DNA of 64,000 nucleotides from Bacillota bacterium (GTDB lineage Bacteria > Bacillota > Clostridia > Christensenellales > Aristaeellaceae): contig JAEZTL010000021.1 in the NCBI GenBank assembly GCA_023421395.1, positions 42,266 through 106,265 of the forward strand, read 5' to 3'. Positions 18,736-27,021 of the stretch are shown here, piece after piece (position 1 is the stretch's first letter; the number at the start of each line of letters is the position of its first letter). The position numbers and the translations under genes are program-made. The notes under the pieces are model-generated. The model did not search any database. It worked only from the letters and a program-made list of their open reading frames with translations, and was not told where the DNA came from.

Positions 18736-18780
18736 CCGCCGCGGGTGGTAAGACGATATTGTCTTATCCACCCGCGGCGG
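18736..18780. repeat. 45-nt near-perfect hairpin/palindrome of unknown role
   Basis: CCGCCGCGGGTGG-TAAGAC-GATATT-GTCTTA-T-CCACCCGCGGCGG: 19 bp with one bulge. The T-run lies on the wrong (5') side for a plus-strand terminator, and an A-run follows on the minus strand. Confidence 0.5.
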
Positions 18781-18835
18781 ATATACTATATATGGTATAG
18801 TCGGTCGTCCGGCAAGCCGAACGGGAGGAATTACA

Positions 18836-19906
18836 ATGTATCTGGACCATCGCGTCATCGCGAAGATCTCTAGCCTGCTATCAAAAATCAGCATGAACGT
18901 CATGCTGCTGGACAACAACGGTCAGGTGATCCTGCCGGAGGACAACAACCGTGAATTCACGCTGCCGGAAGTGCTGCGTCAGAACCCCACCGCGCCGTTG
19001 GTCTACGGCGGCTTCACGCTGATCGGCACCGAGGGCACTCATCCGCTGTTTCTGTGCCTGCCGGGCGACTCTCAGGATGTATCGAACTGCGCCATCCTGT
19101 GTGCCGAAATGATCAATATGCTCACCAAGGTGGATCTGCCCCATGCGGACCGGGAGCAGTCGCTCAGGTGCATCCTCCGGGAGGAGGTCGAGGGCGCGGA
19201 GTTGGAATCGCTGGCGATGGAGCACACCATCCCGCTGGAGAAGAACCGCTGCGTGGTGCTCTTGCACCTGTCCAATGTAGACACCGAGACGACGCTCAAC
19301 ATTCTGGAGAACGTTGCGCCCGAAGCGGGCGGGGACTCCATCGTGGAGATCGACCGGCACACCGTGGTTCTGATCAAGCAGATCGACGAGCAGGAGGATT
19401 TCGAGGAGCTGGAGCAGCTGGGCATGGCGATCGAGTCCACCTTCATCAGCGAAACAAGCTATCCGGTGCACATCGGCATCGGCGAGCCCAAGAAGTCGCT
19501 CTCGCTCCTTTCCGAGTCCTTCCGCGAGGCGCGCAAGGCCATCGACGTGGGCCGCGTCTACCGGCCGGACAATCACGTGTTCGTCTACCGCAAGCTGCTG
19601 CTGGAGCGCTTTCTGGCCGACATTTCGCCGGAGATGAGCCAGAAGTACAACCTGCTCATGTTCAACCGTAAAACGGCGCGGCTGTTCAATGAGGAGATGC
19701 TCCATACCATCGAGAAGTTCTTTGAAAACAGCCTGAATCTGTCGGAGACCGCGCGGCAGATTTATATTCATCGCAACACCCTGGTCTACCGGCTCGACAA
19801 GGTGCAGCGGATCATCGGCCTCGACCTCCGCTCCTTTGACGACGCGGTGACCTTTAAAATGATGATGCTGCTGGGCAAGACCGGGGAGCACAAGAACCGG
19901 ATCTGA
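18836..19906 (+). CDS. PucR/CdaR-family transcriptional regulator
   Basis: C-terminal PucR-type HTH: NSLNLSETARQIYIHRNTLVYRLDKVQRIIGLDL. Confidence 0.75.
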   Translation: MYLDHRVIAKISSLLSKISMNVMLLDNNGQVILPEDNNREFTLPEVLRQNPTAPLVYGGFTLIGTEGTHPLFLCLPGDSQDVSNCAILCAEMINMLTKVDLPHADREQSLRCILREEVEGAELESLAMEHTIPLEKNRCVVLLHLSNVDTETTLNILENVAPEAGGDSIVEIDRHTVVLIKQIDEQEDFEELEQLGMAIESTFISETSYPVHIGIGEPKKSLSLLSESFREARKAIDVGRVYRPDNHVFVYRKLLLERFLADISPEMSQKYNLLMFNRKTARLFNEEMLHTIEKFFENSLNLSETARQIYIHRNTLVYRLDKVQRIIGLDLRSFDDAVTFKMMMLLGKTGEHKNRI

Positions 19907-19923
19907 TGCCTGGGCGCTTCTTC

Positions 19924-19949
19924 GCCCGGCGCGCTCTTCACGGCGCCGG
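19924..19949 (+). terminator. Possible terminator after the PucR-like gene
   Basis: CCCGGCGC-10 nt-GCGCCGGG followed by only TTT. Weak U-tract. Confidence 0.35.
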
Positions 19950-20078
19950 GTTTAACGGCGTGCGCGACAGCGCGCCCTTTGTCGTGCGGTTCAAATTTTC
20001 ACGCCGTGCGGTGTGCGCGTGCGTTTGAGCGAAGCCCGCGCGCATAAGATGTCTCGATCCTGATTCCTGGAGGCGTTC

Positions 20079-21296
20079 ATGGGCAAGCGGGCAATCGTAT
20101 GGCTTTCCGTTTTGTGGATTGTGGTCGTGGTGGCCGGCGTTTCGTCGGCCATTACGCTGCGCGTTTCCGGCGGCATGCTGCCGTCCTCGGAGCAGTCGGA
20201 CGGCAGCATGGTGGTGTCTGAACAGGAATTTGAGATGATCGAGCGCTACCGCCGGTTGGACGAAGTGCGCGGGATTCTCGAGAGCGACTACTATAAATCA
20301 CTGGACGAGGAGGAACTGGTGCTGGGCGCGGTGCGCGGCATGCTGGAGAGCGTAGGCGATCCCTACACCTTTTACTATACCCCGGAGGAAATGCAGCAGA
20401 TGGCCGAGCGGAGCCAGGGTGTCTACGAGGGCGTGGGGCTGCTACTCTCCGCCGACAAGGACGGCATGCTGGTGGTGTTGCGCATCTTTGACGATTCCCC
20501 GGCCGTCGAGGCGGGCGTAAAGCCCGGTGATATCCTGCTGGCCGTCAATGGCGAGCCCGTCAGCGCCACCGACGCCCGGGCGATGGATGAGGCGATTCAG
20601 ATGATCCGCGATTTCAGCGGCGACAGGATGGAGCTTACGCTCCGAAGGGGCAAAAAGGTTCAAACCATCTCGCTGACGCCCCGCACCATCACCATGCAGC
20701 GGGTGACCCATCAGGTGCTGCCCGGCAATATCGGCTATATCATGATTTACGAGTTCATCGGCGACGATGCCACGGGCTTCATCTCGGCGATGAACGACCT
20801 GAAAAAGCAGAACGTCAAGGGCCTTATCATCGATCTTCGGTCGAATCCCGGCGGCCTTCTGAGCGACGTGGTGAAGATCGCGGATCAGTTGCTGCCCAAG
20901 GGCCTGGTGGTCTACACCCAGGACCGGGGCGGCGCGCGGGAAGAGTACTACTCCGAGGAGAGCCGCTGGGACGTGCCGATGGCGGTACTGGTCAACGGCA
21001 TGTCGGCTAGCGCGTCGGAGATCCTGGCGGGCGCGCTGCAGGACTACGGCGTGGCGAAGATCGTGGGCGTCAAGACCTACGGCAAGGGCATCGTTCAGAC
21101 CATGCTGCCCTTCCGAACGGATGGCGCGGGCATGCAGCTGACCACCGCCACGTACTATACCCCCAAGGGCCGTTCGATCCACGGCGTGGGCATCGAGCCG
21201 GACGTGGTGGTGGAGGCCACCGTCCAGGTGGGCGGCTCGCCGGATCTGGAAGAGGATGCCCAGCTCAAGGCGGCTTACAATCTGCTGAAAAAGTGA
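20079..21296 (+). CDS. ctpA: S41 carboxy-terminal processing peptidase
   Basis: N-terminal TM, PDZ segment (GVKPGDILLAVNGEPV), catalytic Ser region NGMSASASEILAGALQD, and Lys region KTYGKGIVQ. Confidence 0.88.
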   Translation: MGKRAIVWLSVLWIVVVVAGVSSAITLRVSGGMLPSSEQSDGSMVVSEQEFEMIERYRRLDEVRGILESDYYKSLDEEELVLGAVRGMLESVGDPYTFYYTPEEMQQMAERSQGVYEGVGLLLSADKDGMLVVLRIFDDSPAVEAGVKPGDILLAVNGEPVSATDARAMDEAIQMIRDFSGDRMELTLRRGKKVQTISLTPRTITMQRVTHQVLPGNIGYIMIYEFIGDDATGFISAMNDLKKQNVKGLIIDLRSNPGGLLSDVVKIADQLLPKGLVVYTQDRGGAREEYYSEESRWDVPMAVLVNGMSASASEILAGALQDYGVAKIVGVKTYGKGIVQTMLPFRTDGAGMQLTTATYYTPKGRSIHGVGIEPDVVVEATVQVGGSPDLEEDAQLKAAYNLLKK

Positions 21297-21325
21297 CGTA
21301 TGAAGCACCGTGCGGCGCGCGGAGG

Positions 21326-21360
21326 AAAGCGGCGGCGGCCATTTGGCCGTCGCCGCTTTT
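21326..21360. terminator. Bidirectional terminator between ctpA and the convergent acyltransferase gene
   Basis: AAAGCGGCGGCGGCC-ATTT-GGCCGTCGCCGCTTTT (one G-U pair), abutting the acyltransferase stop. Confidence 0.7.
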
Positions 21361-21363
21361 GCG

Positions 21364-22434
21364 CTATGCTTCGATCGCGGTGTAAAAGGGTGTGAGCTTC
21401 CGATCAATCCATTCGCAAAGCCGTTTCACCCGGAACCACTTGAACGCCGCGATGCGGACGGAATCGATCATGAGACACAGCGCGCAGATCGCCAGCGAAA
21501 TACCGATGGCGCCGAGCGCCATCAGGGATGGATTCAGCCGCGCGAGCGGTGCAAACCGGTTCAGCAGAACGTGCTCTTTTATGAGCGGATGAAGATGGAT
21601 CAGGTAAATGCCGAAGGCGGCCGGGGACAGCGCCCGGACGGCGCGGACGAGGCGTCCGCGCGGCTTGGCCCTGGAGGCGAGAATCAGCACGCAGACGGCC
21701 ATAAGGAGAACGGGCGGCGAAACGGAGCTGTGGAACACGGTGCTGGAAACCGTGACGATCGGAAGATAGATGATCAGAAAGCCGGCCGCGGTCAACGCGT
21801 ATAACGCTTTGTTTCCGATTTTTAGTTTGGAGCCGCAGACGCCGATATACCACCCCAGAACGTACAGCACCATCAGCCAAAGAATGCTGAAACCTCGGTT
21901 GGTCGAAAACGGTTCGTGCCAGATGGGGGTAACCAACGAAAACAGGGTAAGGCAGATGCCGCATAGCAGCGTGAGGCCCTTTTGCGACAGGTGCCTCAGC
22001 AGGATGTTGACAAACGGCATGAGCAGAAACAGGCCGAAATACGCCGTCGCATACCAGTACTGCTTCGACAGAATCGGCGTGGCGCTTTTGACGAATTCGA
22101 CCGCGCTGACGGGGAACCCCAGAAAGTGAAAGACCAGTTCGATGCCGATCGAATAGCAGAAAACCTGAAGCCACAGGCTGAAGATCCTGGACAGCCTATA
22201 CCGGGAGCGGGACATGACGTATCCGCTGATCAGCCCAAAGCAGTCCATGGAAAACAGCGCGCCTGCGTTCATAAGCCAGGCGACCTCGAAGGCGGGCCCC
22301 GGCGCATGCATCGAAGCTTCGAGGATGCCTCCCCTTTTCAATACATGTACGAGCGTGATGAGAAACATCAACACGATTCTCAATAAATCAATGCCATAAT
22401 TACGGCCTCCGGATTGCAAGTCCGCCGAATCCAT
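21364..22434 (-). CDS. Acyltransferase family 3 membrane protein
   Basis: 356 aa, about 10 TM helices. N-terminal GIDLLRIVLMFLITLVHVLKRGG is typical of Acyltransferase_3. GAGGAGGA SD. Confidence 0.75.
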   Translation of the reverse strand: MDSADLQSGGRNYGIDLLRIVLMFLITLVHVLKRGGILEASMHAPGPAFEVAWLMNAGALFSMDCFGLISGYVMSRSRYRLSRIFSLWLQVFCYSIGIELVFHFLGFPVSAVEFVKSATPILSKQYWYATAYFGLFLLMPFVNILLRHLSQKGLTLLCGICLTLFSLVTPIWHEPFSTNRGFSILWLMVLYVLGWYIGVCGSKLKIGNKALYALTAAGFLIIYLPIVTVSSTVFHSSVSPPVLLMAVCVLILASRAKPRGRLVRAVRALSPAAFGIYLIHLHPLIKEHVLLNRFAPLARLNPSLMALGAIGISLAICALCLMIDSVRIAAFKWFRVKRLCEWIDRKLTPFYTAIEA

Positions 22435-22540
22435 GCCGCGATCCTCCTCATCCTATACTTTTAAAGCCGCGTTCGCAAAAGCAAATGCCGGCCGGCCTTT
22501 GAGATGCTTGATATGGAGCATCCGCGCACTCGCCTGCGCT

Positions 22541-23881
22541 TCAGGAAAGGATCGGCTGTCTGGGCCTGCCACAGGAGAGGCGGCCCTCCGGGCACACGCC
22601 GTCGATACGGCAGCTGGGGCCATACAGCGCGAACAGCGCCGGGAAGGAATCCGTCAGGATCGCGAGCATCTGTTCGGTCAGGCGGCGGATCTCCCACTGG
22701 GCGCGCTCACAGGAGCGCAGCTTGGTGAAATGAAGCAGTTCCCGGGCGTTGACCGTCATCAAAAAGTCGGTCGTCAGGCCGGAGAGCGCATAATAGGAGA
22801 GATCCTCTGCCGAAAGCCCGGCCGAAGCCATCGCCCGCGCCTGCTTTGCGTTCTCCTCCAGCGCGGCGAGATAGATGCTGTGCGCCTCCGGGTTTTCGCG
22901 GATGGAATCCGGCAGCACGTAGGCGCCGCCGTTCAGTGCTGACAGCGAGGGCTTAAAGATGGGGGAGAGCATGCGGTGGCGCGCGAAGTGGGTCACACAG
23001 GCCAGCGACGCGCCGGAAACTTTGAAGGTGTAGGAGAGGGCCTCCAGTTCCCGCGGACGGGAGTCGGTGAGAAGCGGCGCGTAGTCGCCCGGCCGGAAGC
23101 GGGCGGCAAAGGTCATCGCCTGATCCAGAAGCGCCTGCGCGTCTTCGGGGGCCGACAGAAGCGACGCGGAAGGCTGCGCAGGCTGCGGATCACCAACGGT
23201 GCGGGACAGCGGCTGTAAGGCCGTGTGCGCGAACCGCGCCCGCTCGGAATTCAGCACACCCGGATAACGCGCCTCGATCTGCGCTTCAAGCTGCCCGCCA
23301 AGATCTCGAAGCTCCGGGAACGCGGCGCCGCGGCCGGACGAAAGCGAGAGCGCCATCGCGCAAAGCTGGCGCAGGTTGCAGCTGACATAAAAATTCGACC
23401 GGAAGGCGTAGGGCAGCACGAAGCGCGCATCCTCCCGGGGGACGAGGGCCTCCAGCTTTTCGTAATCCGCGAAGAGCCGCGCCATATGCGCCTGATAGGC
23501 TGCGTCGCCCTCGAGGGCGGCGGGCGTATAGAAACCGGCGTTTTTAAAGTCCACATACCTTCGGGATTTTACGATGAAGGACGCCAGCCGGAACTCGATC
23601 ATGAACTGCTCCGCCAGCACCGAAACGTTCTCAAACGCTACGGAATACGTCTGGTGTTCGATCAGCGATTTGTGCCCCGACGCCAGCACCTTCCGCACAA
23701 GCGGCAGATTGCGCTCGTCGCCCTCCGCGCGCTCAAAGATCTCCATCGAAGATCCCTGAGTGGTGGAAAGCCGCGCCGCCGCCGCGCACATTTGCTGCCC
23801 GCGATCCGTTTCCGCGATGATGACTGCCCTGGATATGCCCGCCAAGCGATCACTCCCTTTATGAGTATTGTACCAAATCAT
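22541..23881 (-). CDS. Tandem (duplicated) ThyX-like FAD-dependent thymidylate synthase homologue
   Basis: Two Thy1-like halves. Half 1: SGHKSLIEHQTYSVAFENVSV..EFRLASFIVKSRRYVDF, where RHR is degraded to EFR and S-R-R-Y is kept. Half 2: YTFKVSGASLACVTHFARHRMLSPIFKPS, where RHR..S is kept and S-x-R-Y is lost, plus NARELLHFTKLRSCERAQWEIR. The start at ATG 23881 is uncertain because the SD is poor. Confidence 0.6.
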   Translation of the reverse strand: MIWYNTHKGSDRLAGISRAVIIAETDRGQQMCAAAARLSTTQGSSMEIFERAEGDERNLPLVRKVLASGHKSLIEHQTYSVAFENVSVLAEQFMIEFRLASFIVKSRRYVDFKNAGFYTPAALEGDAAYQAHMARLFADYEKLEALVPREDARFVLPYAFRSNFYVSCNLRQLCAMALSLSSGRGAAFPELRDLGGQLEAQIEARYPGVLNSERARFAHTALQPLSRTVGDPQPAQPSASLLSAPEDAQALLDQAMTFAARFRPGDYAPLLTDSRPRELEALSYTFKVSGASLACVTHFARHRMLSPIFKPSLSALNGGAYVLPDSIRENPEAHSIYLAALEENAKQARAMASAGLSAEDLSYYALSGLTTDFLMTVNARELLHFTKLRSCERAQWEIRRLTEQMLAILTDSFPALFALYGPSCRIDGVCPEGRLSCGRPRQPILS

Positions 23882-24002
23882 CCCCGGCCCCGCAACGAAT
23901 TTTCTCGAACACTGTCGAGATGGCGGTGACTGGATCGCCTGCAAATGCTGAACGTGGCGTTCCGAACGCTCTGTAAAATCGATCTGGAATCCATGGGTTG
24001 TA

Positions 24003-24031
24003 TTGACAGCTTCACACAACCACAATATAAT
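24003..24031 (+). promoter_or_regulatory. Consensus sigma-70 promoter of nrdD-nrdG
   Basis: TTGACA (24003..24008) - 17 nt - TATAAT (24026..24031). Confidence 0.75.
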
Positions 24032-24035
24032 GTAT
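24020..24035. promoter_or_regulatory. Candidate NrdR box overlapping the nrdD -10
   Basis: CCACAATATAATGTAT matches 13 of 16 positions of the NrdR-box consensus as I remember it (acaCwAtATaTwGtgt). I found only one box. Confidence 0.35.
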
Positions 24036-24087
24036 TTGCACTCAAGCGGCGATGCGCCGCTTTATTTATCGCTCGGAGGCGGACGAC

Positions 24088-26415
24088 ATGATCGATACAA
24101 TCAAAAAGCGGGACGGCCGCGAAGTTCCCTTTACGCCGCTCAAGATCACCGAGGCGATCATGAAGGCGTTTCAGGCCAGCGGCAGCGCCAAGACCGAAAA
24201 GACGGCGCAGGAACTGACGATGCAGGTTGTCGCCGAGCTGGAATCCAGCGAGAACATCGGCGTGCCCACCGTGGAAGAGGTTCAGGACATGGTGGAGCGC
24301 GTACTCATTGAGAACGGCTTTGTCCGCACGGCCAAGAGTTACATCCTTTACCGGGCGGAGCGCTCCCGTGTTCGCGAGATGAATACGCGGCTGATGCGCA
24401 TCTATGACGACATCACGTTCAAGCCCGCGCGGGATTCCGACATCAAGCGCGAAAATGCCAACATCAATGGCGACACCGCCATGGGCGCGATGCTCAAATA
24501 TGGTGCCGAGGGCGCAAAGCAGTTTAACAGCCTTTTTGTGCTGAGGCCCGCCCACGCCGCCGCCCACGCGGAGGGCGACTTCCACATCCACGACATGGAC
24601 TTTCTGACGCTGACCACCACCTGCTGCCAGATCGACCTGATCAAGCTGTTTACCGGCGGCTTCTCCACCGGCCACGGCGTGCTGCGCGAGCCCAACGACA
24701 TCTATTCCTATTCCGCGCTGGCCTGTATCGCCATTCAGGCCAACCAGAACGACCAGCACGGCGGTCAGTCGGTGGTGAACTTCGATTACTCGATGGCGGA
24801 AGGCGTCAAAAAGACGTTCGGCAAACGCTACCGCGACAACATGGTTCGCGCCCTGGAGCTGACCACGCCCGTCGAAAACGCGCAGGCGTTTGTCCGCCAG
24901 TACTATGACGGGCTGAAAGCCCGGGGGTTTGCGCCCACGCTGGTGGAAAACGAGGCCTTCAAGGCTGCGGAGCACGACATTCTGGCCGCGCAGGGTCTTT
25001 CCGATGAAGAGATCGCGCGCGTGCAGGCATTCTCCCAGCAGAAGGCCGGCGAAGAAACCGACCGCGCCACTTTCCAGGCCATGGAGGCGCTGATCCACAA
25101 CCTTAACACCATGAACTCCCGCGCGGGCGCGCAGGTGCCGTTTTCTTCCATCAACTACGGCATGGACACTTCGCCCGAGGGACGTCTTGTGATGAGAAAC
25201 CTGCTGCTCTCCACGGAGCAGGGGCTGGGCGGCGGCGAGACGCCGATTTTTCCGATCCAGATCTTCCGGGTCAAGGAAGGCATCAACTTTAACCCCGGTG
25301 ACCCCAACTACGACTTATTCAAGCTGGCCTGCCGCGTGTCGGCCAAACGGCTGTTTCCGAACTTCTCATTTCAGGATGCGCCCTACAACCTCAAGTACTA
25401 CGTGCCCGGCCGCCCGGAGACGGAAATCTCCTACATGGGCTGCCGCACCCGCGTGATCGGCAACGTCCATGACAAGGGAAAGGAGATCTCCAACGGTCGC
25501 GGCAACCTGAGCTTTACGTCGGTCAACCTGCCGCGCCTGGCGATCAAGGCCAACCACAACCTGGAGCAGTTCTTCTCCGAGCTGGACCGGATGATCGACC
25601 TGACGTTTGATCAGCTGTTCGAGCGGTTTGAGATCCAGGCGTCCAAGAAGGTACGCAATTTCCCGTTTCTGATGGGTCAGGGTGTGTGGCTGGACAGCGA
25701 AAACCTTGGATGGGAAGACGAAATCCGCGAAGTCCTCAAGCACGGTACGCTGTCCATGGGCTTCATCGGCCTGGCGGAGACGCTCAAGGCACTCATTGGC
25801 CAGCATCACGGCGAGAGCCAGCAGGCGCAGAACCTGGGGCTCGAAATCGTCGGCCACATGCGCGCCCGCTGCGACGAGAAGAGCAAGGAAACCGGCATGA
25901 ATGTGACGCTGCTGGCCACTCCTGCGGAGGGCCTCTCCGGCCGCTTCGTGCGTCTGGACCGCGAGCGCTACGGCGTAATCCCCGGCGTCACCGACCGGGA
26001 CTACTACACCAACAGCTTCCACGTGCCGGTTTATTTCCCCATCGGCGCGGTGGACAAGATCCGCACCGAGGCGCCCTACCATGCGCTGACAAACGCCGGG
26101 CACATTTCCTACGTGGAGCTGGACGGCGACACCGCTCAGAACCTGGAGGCGTTTGAGAAGATCGTGCGGCTGATGAAGGAAAGCGGCGTCGGTTACGGCT
26201 CCATCAACCACCCGGTCGACCGGGACCCGATCTGCGGCTACAACGGCGTCATCGGCGATACCTGCCCGTTGTGCGGCCGGTCCGAGGACGAACATCACTT
26301 CGAGCGCATCCGCCGGATCACCGGCTATCTGGTGGGCACGCTGGACCGTTTCAACAACGCAAAGCGCAGTGAGGAAGCCGACCGCCTCAAGCATTCCTGC
26401 AGCTGCGGGAACTAA
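24088..26415 (+). CDS. nrdD: Anaerobic ribonucleoside-triphosphate reductase (class III)
   Basis: ATP-cone start MIDTIKKRDGREVPF. C-terminal Cys cluster (CGYNGVIGDTCPLCG) and glycyl-radical motif RIRRITGYLVG. Start is ATG 24088 after GGAGG. Confidence 0.95.
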   Translation: MIDTIKKRDGREVPFTPLKITEAIMKAFQASGSAKTEKTAQELTMQVVAELESSENIGVPTVEEVQDMVERVLIENGFVRTAKSYILYRAERSRVREMNTRLMRIYDDITFKPARDSDIKRENANINGDTAMGAMLKYGAEGAKQFNSLFVLRPAHAAAHAEGDFHIHDMDFLTLTTTCCQIDLIKLFTGGFSTGHGVLREPNDIYSYSALACIAIQANQNDQHGGQSVVNFDYSMAEGVKKTFGKRYRDNMVRALELTTPVENAQAFVRQYYDGLKARGFAPTLVENEAFKAAEHDILAAQGLSDEEIARVQAFSQQKAGEETDRATFQAMEALIHNLNTMNSRAGAQVPFSSINYGMDTSPEGRLVMRNLLLSTEQGLGGGETPIFPIQIFRVKEGINFNPGDPNYDLFKLACRVSAKRLFPNFSFQDAPYNLKYYVPGRPETEISYMGCRTRVIGNVHDKGKEISNGRGNLSFTSVNLPRLAIKANHNLEQFFSELDRMIDLTFDQLFERFEIQASKKVRNFPFLMGQGVWLDSENLGWEDEIREVLKHGTLSMGFIGLAETLKALIGQHHGESQQAQNLGLEIVGHMRARCDEKSKETGMNVTLLATPAEGLSGRFVRLDRERYGVIPGVTDRDYYTNSFHVPVYFPIGAVDKIRTEAPYHALTNAGHISYVELDGDTAQNLEAFEKIVRLMKESGVGYGSINHPVDRDPICGYNGVIGDTCPLCGRSEDEHHFERIRRITGYLVGTLDRFNNAKRSEEADRLKHSCSCGN

Positions 26416-26515
26416 CCCGCCCGGGATCGTTCACACACAAAAACAGGCCGGTTTCCCAGCGGGCGCCCACGGCGCGCATGCGGGGGATCGGCCTGATGAA
26501 ATGGGAGCGCTGTCC

Positions 26516-27007
26516 ATGAACATCCGGATTGCCGGCACCGTGCCGGAGTCCATCGTCGACGGCCCCGGCTTTCGCTTTACCGTGTTTGCGCAGGGGTGTT
26601 TTCACGGTTGCCCCGGCTGCCACAACCCGGAGACCCATGACCCGGCGGGCGGCCATTGGGTGGCGGTGGAAGGCCTCGTCGAGGCGATGCGCAAGAATCC
26701 GCTGTTGGATGGGCTGACGCTGTCCGGCGGCGAGCCGTTTTTGCAGGTGGAACCGTGCCTTGCTCTGGCGGAGGCCGCCCGGGGCATGGGCCTAAACGTC
26801 TGGGTCTACAGCGGCTACACCTTTGAGCGGCTGATGGCCGATCCTGAGAAGAAGCGGCTGTTGATCGCCTGCGACGTGCTGGTGGACGGGCCGTTCATCC
26901 TTTCTCAGAGAACGCTGGAAAAGCGCTTTCGCGGCTCTAAAAATCAGCGCCTGATCGATGTAAAGCGATCGCTTGAGCACGGTGAAGCAGTGCTCAAGGA
27001 ACCCTGA
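26516..27007 (+). CDS. nrdG: Anaerobic ribonucleotide reductase activating protein (radical SAM)
   Basis: SIVDGPGFRFTVFAQGCFHGCPGCHNPETH, the activase-type Cys cluster. The start could also be ATG 26501. Confidence 0.88.
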   Translation: MNIRIAGTVPESIVDGPGFRFTVFAQGCFHGCPGCHNPETHDPAGGHWVAVEGLVEAMRKNPLLDGLTLSGGEPFLQVEPCLALAEAARGMGLNVWVYSGYTFERLMADPEKKRLLIACDVLVDGPFILSQRTLEKRFRGSKNQRLIDVKRSLEHGEAVLKEP

Positions 27008-27021
27008 AGGGGGGAGAACGA

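Noticed and set aside
23882-24002. A second NrdR box or a LexA box (CGAACACTGTCGAG at about 23906) in the thyX-like/nrdD divergent region.
   Set aside because: The sequences do not meet either palindromic consensus (GAAC-N4-GTTC is missing; no second acaCwAtATaTwGtgt-like 16-mer).
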